In this document: one piece after another, positions 59,735 to 64,000 of the stretch
Position numbering within the stretch: the first letter of the stretch is position 1
How the letters are laid out: the number at the start of each line of letters is the position of its first letter
Source: Azolla caroliniana
Taxonomy: Eukaryota; Plantae; Polypodiophyta
Assembly (NCBI GenBank): GCA_043228905.1
Contig: JBHGNT010000013.1
Coordinates: 186,001 to 250,000 of the forward strand
Direction of reading: 5' to 3'
Length of the DNA stretch: 64,000 bases
The notes under the pieces: model-generated
Told to the model about the DNA's origin: nothing
What the model saw: only the letters and a program-made list of their open reading frames with translations
The model's database searches: none
Made by a program: the position numbers and the translations under genes

Positions 59735-62700
59735 TGTTGGGATTTTCGGTCCCTCCGGATGGGATGTCCGGAGATGAATGACGGCAGGCCTGGTTGCGGT
59801 TACGGAACCGGAGGATGAAGAGTACCCGGTTACGGAACCGGAGGATGAAGAGTACCCGGTTACGGAGCCGGATGATGAAGACCCCGGCTACGGAGCCGGA
59901 TGACGAAGACCCGGCTACGGAGCCGGATGATAAAGACCCCGGTTACGGAGCCGGATGACGAAGTACCCGGAGAGAGATCCGGATGCGGAGACTATATTTG
60001 TAAATAGCCCGAAAGTCATATGTGTATAAATATGACTTAGGGCAAACAATTTAGCTGTTGTTGCTCATTTTCTGTTTTCCACTTAGAGAGAGTGAAGAGA
60101 GCAGCCGAGAGAGAGAGAGAGAGAGAGAGAGACGAAGAGGTCGTTGCCTCTGTGTATTACCGCCGCCTGTGGCGAAGACAGTGAGCTCAAGGTTGTTGCC
60201 TTGAAGCTTCACCATTGTACATCTCTGTCCATAGTGATAGTTGGAGTTTGAGGACTCCCGTGGTTTTTCCCATTTAGGGTTTTCCATGTAAAATATCCTG
60301 TGTACTCTTCTCTCTATTGTCTTCGTGCATTTTTTTTTGGTATTTTTCTTATTTTCTATGTGAGTTGATCCTATTCCTCGGTTGTGGCCGAGCACCGTGT
60401 TCAACAAAGTGGTATCAGAGCGAGGTTAACACAGAAAATGGAAGGCGGCGGTAGTGGGCCTCCGGGCATGATGGTGTTGAACTCACAGAACTACGCCAAC
60501 TGGAAGATAAAGATGGAAGACCTTCTCATCGTCCGAGACCTGTACGAACCGATCGACAATGCCGAGATACCCAAGGGGGTAATAGAGTCGGAGTGGAAGC
60601 TCCTGAACCGGAAAGCCGTAGCGACGATCCGACAATATGTAGATGTAAGTGTTCTGCAACATGTGGCGAACGACACCAACGCATATGAGATGTGGAAGAA
60701 GCTGTCGGGCCTCTACGAGAGGAAGAATGCGTTGAACCGGACCTCCCTGATGAGGAAGATAGTGAACCTCAAGTACCGGGACGGCGAGAATATGGTGGAA
60801 CACGTGAGCACGTTCATGGGATTCGTGAACCAGCTTGCGGCGATCAAGTTCCCGTTGGAGGATGCAATGCAAGCCATCATTCTGATGTGTACATTGCCGG
60901 AAAGCTGGGAGAACTTGGTGGTGACTCTCAGCACCTCCTGCACCGAAGATAACTTGTCTCTACAAACGGTAAAGACAAGCATTTTGAACGAAGAAGCGCG
61001 TCGGAGAGATAAAGAACCGGTTTCCGATCCGAAGATGCTGCTTACCGAATCGGATCGGGGAAGACAATGGAACCGGAGTCCGCAAAGACGGGAGAAGTCG
61101 GGGACCCGGTCGCAGTCAAGAGGAAGACCCACATGCTTCCACTGTGGGAAGCCAGGGCACTTCCGGAAGAATTGTCGGCATTACCGAAAGGACAACGGAG
61201 CCGACGACACCGATTCGAAGAAGTCACCGGAGAGAAACGGTGCATACCGGGGAGCCACGGACCGGAGAGGTCCGGATCGGCAAGGGCAGGACCGGAAAGG
61301 AACGACGGCACTCGCGGCAAGTGAAGAAGAGATAATGCTCATTACCGAAGAGAGGGAGCTGAATCTTGCCGGTGTAGAGATGACCTGGGTGGTCGATTCC
61401 GGAGCGTCGTTCCACCTGACCCCGGAGAAGAAATACTTCTCATCCTACACAGCCGGTGAGCACGGCTGTGTCCGGATGGGAAATGAAGGCACATGTCGGA
61501 TTGCCGGCATAGGAGACGTGTGGCTGATGACATCAACCGGATGCAAGATGCTGCTGAAGGATGTACGACACGTTCCGGAGGTCCGATTGAACCTGATCTC
61601 GGCCGGGAGGCTAGACGATGAAGGCTACACGGGTAGCATCCGGAACGGTGTCATGAAGTTCAGCAAAGGGAGCCTGATAGTGGCTCGGGCCCGGAAGGTC
61701 AACACACTGTACCTGATGAATTCCCGGCTATGTCCGGAGGAGCTGAACGTGGCAGCTGACACTGACGGTGAGCTGTGGCACAAGAGACTGTGCCACATGA
61801 GCGAGAAGGGGATGAAGAGGCTTGCCGAAGACAACCTGATACCGGTAAAGCACGTACACCTGGGGAAGTGTACCGACTGTCTGGCCGGTAAGCAAAACCG
61901 GACCTCCTTCCGCTCAAGACCACCGATGAGACGTAGTGTACCATTGGAGTTGGTACACACTGATGTGTGCCAGGTAGAAACGAAGTCACATGGCGGAGCC
62001 CAGTACTTCGTAACATTCATAGATGACCATAGCCGGAAGCTGTGGACGGCACCGTTGAAGACAAAGGACCAAGTATTGTCCGTCTTCAAAGAACTCCACG
62101 CGAGAGTGGAAAGGGAATCCGGCAAGGAGCTGAAAGCGATATGAGCGGATAACGGAGGGGAATACCGGGGGCAGTTCGAGGAGTACTGTCGCTCGAAGGG
62201 AATCCGGCTCGAGTTCACTGTGCCGAAGACGCCGGAACTGAACGGGCTGGCCGAGAGGATGAACCGGACCATAATGGAGAGGGTCCGGAGTATGCTGGCG
62301 CATGCGAAATTACCCAAGGGGTTTTGGGCTGAGGCAATGTCGACGGCGACATACGTGATAAACAGATCACCCTCAGTACCTTTGGACGGAGACACGCCGC
62401 AGAGAGTATGGACCGGTAGGGAAGTATCCTACCGGCATCTGAAGGTGTTCGGGTGTCTCGCATATGTGCATGTGGCAAAGGACCGGAGAGGAAAGCTAGA
62501 CCCAAAGACCCGGCCATGCATATTCCTCGGTTACGGCGACGACGAGTTCGGCTACCGAGTGTGGGACCCGGTCGACAAAAAGATATTCCGGAGTCGTGAT
62601 ATCATCTTCATGGAGGACAAAACACTCGCCGACTGGGAGTCGGAGAAGAAGATGAAGAGCTCCAAGTCGTCCGGTGAGGATCAACTCTACGAGGAGCAGT

Positions 62701-64000
62701 CCCGACCGGCAAGGGACCGGTTAGCACCCGAGGATCCGGCCGAAGACGGTGAAGAAACAGAACCGGCCGAGGAAGATGAAACTGATACCGGAACCGGCCC
62801 CGATCCCGAAATGGATTCGGATGAAGAGGAAACGGAGGAGCCGGTTACCGAAGCTCCGGAACGGAGATATCCTCTAAGAGAGAGAAGGCCCCCCCGGAGA
62901 TTTTCGGAACCAGAGCACGTGCTACTAACCGACGAGGGGGAGCCGGAGAGTTTTGAAGAAGCAAAGCTTGACACCCATAGCCGCAGGTGGTTAAGTGCCA
63001 TGCAGGAGGAGATGGATTCCCTGCATGAGAACCACACATATGAACTTGTGGAGTTGCCGAAAGGAAAGCGGGCACTTCGAAACAAGTGGGTGTTCAAGCT
63101 GAAACCGGGAGATGCCGGCAACCCCCCGAGATACAAAGCCAGGATCGTGGTGAAGGGGTTCCAGCAGAAGAAGGGCGTCGACTTCGATGAGATATTTGCC
63201 CCGGTAGTGAAGATGACCTCCATCCGGACGGTGCTGAGCATAGCGGCAAGCATGGACCTCGAGGTAGAACAGATGGACGTGAAGACGGCATTCCTTCACG
63301 GTGACCTCGAAGAAGAGATCTACATGCAGCAACCGGAAGGTTTCGAGAAGAAAGGGAAGGAGCACCTGGTATGCCGGTTGAAGAAGAGCCTTTACGGATT
63401 GAAGCAGGCTCCCCGGCAATGGTACCGGAAGTTCGACTCTTTCATGACCGACGAAGGGTACCACAAAACGCAATCCGATCACTACGTGTTTGTAAAGAAG
63501 TTCGAAGGAGGAGACTTTCTAATACTCCTCCTGTACGTGGACGACATGTTGATCGTCGGACGGGACCAGGTCAAGATACAGATGCTGAAGAAAGCGCTTC
63601 ACCGAACCTTCTCAATGAAGGACCTGGGTCCGGCGAGGCAAATACTAGGGATGCACATCATCCGGGACCGGAAGAAGAAGCAGTTGTGGCTGTCACAGGA
63701 GAAGTACGTGACAAAGGTGCTTCACCGGTTCAACATGTCGGAAGCAAGACCGGTCGGGTCAACCCTCCCAGCAAACTGCAAGTTGTCCAGCAAGCAAAGC
63801 CCCAAGACAAAGGCTGAGAAGGAGGACATGATGAAAGTACCATATGCCTCTGCCGTCGGAAGCTTGATGTACGCAATGGTGTGTACAAGACCGGACATAG
63901 GATATGCAGTCGGAGTGGTGAGCCGGTACATGAGCAATCCCGGCAAAGAGCACTGGAACGCGGCCAAGTGGATACTCCGATACCTGAAGGGCACGGCAAA
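59735..64000 (+). mobile_element. Ty1/copia element U (same family as E), running off the window end
   Basis: 5' LTR 59735-60406 with CCGG-rich tandem repeats; PBS tggtatcagagc 60410-60421; coding region nearly identical to E. Confidence 0.97.
60438..64000 (+). pseudogene. Copia gag-pol with a single premature stop codon (TGA at 62142-62144)
   Basis: ORF is open from ATG 60438 to the TGA, where E has CGA (Arg in LRADN); the same frame resumes through integrase and RT (LLLYVDDML) to the window end. Confidence 0.93.

Noticed and set aside
62142-62144. Programmed stop-codon readthrough between gag and pol
   Set aside because: The stop lies inside the integrase core, where sister element E has CGA; a CpG transition is the simpler explanation.

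Overview
Eukaryotic repeat-rich DNA from a land plant. A moss or other non-seed plant is plausible, inferred from Tcn1-like chromoviruses and RTE/RTEX-like LINEs. No host gene is recognisable. The window is almost entirely nested transposable elements: about a dozen Ty1/copia copies, several Ty3/gypsy copies, solo LTRs, two LINE insertions and two TIR DNA elements. One copia (6583-11965) is full length with an open 1357-aa gag-pol ORF, and a sister copy starting at 59735 has a single nonsense codon. Many insertion boundaries can be fixed exactly from TG..CA ends, PBS/PPT and 5-bp TSDs. The most unusual items are: (1) two different TIR elements with AACAC termini and 4-bp TSDs, each carrying an array of palindromes with the same 15-bp core CGATRCANTGYATCG; (2) chromovirus LTRs with a tRNA-like A/B-box module and Tf1-type self-priming, including an apparent genomic fossil of the fold-back product; (3) a three-LTR copia composite in which an LTR and partial PBS are fused to a LINE; (4) repeated LINE insertion into (GA)n tracts of LTRs; (5) several inter-element recombinants. 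All alignments and counts were done by eye and no database searches were run. Element letters (A-U) are my own labels.
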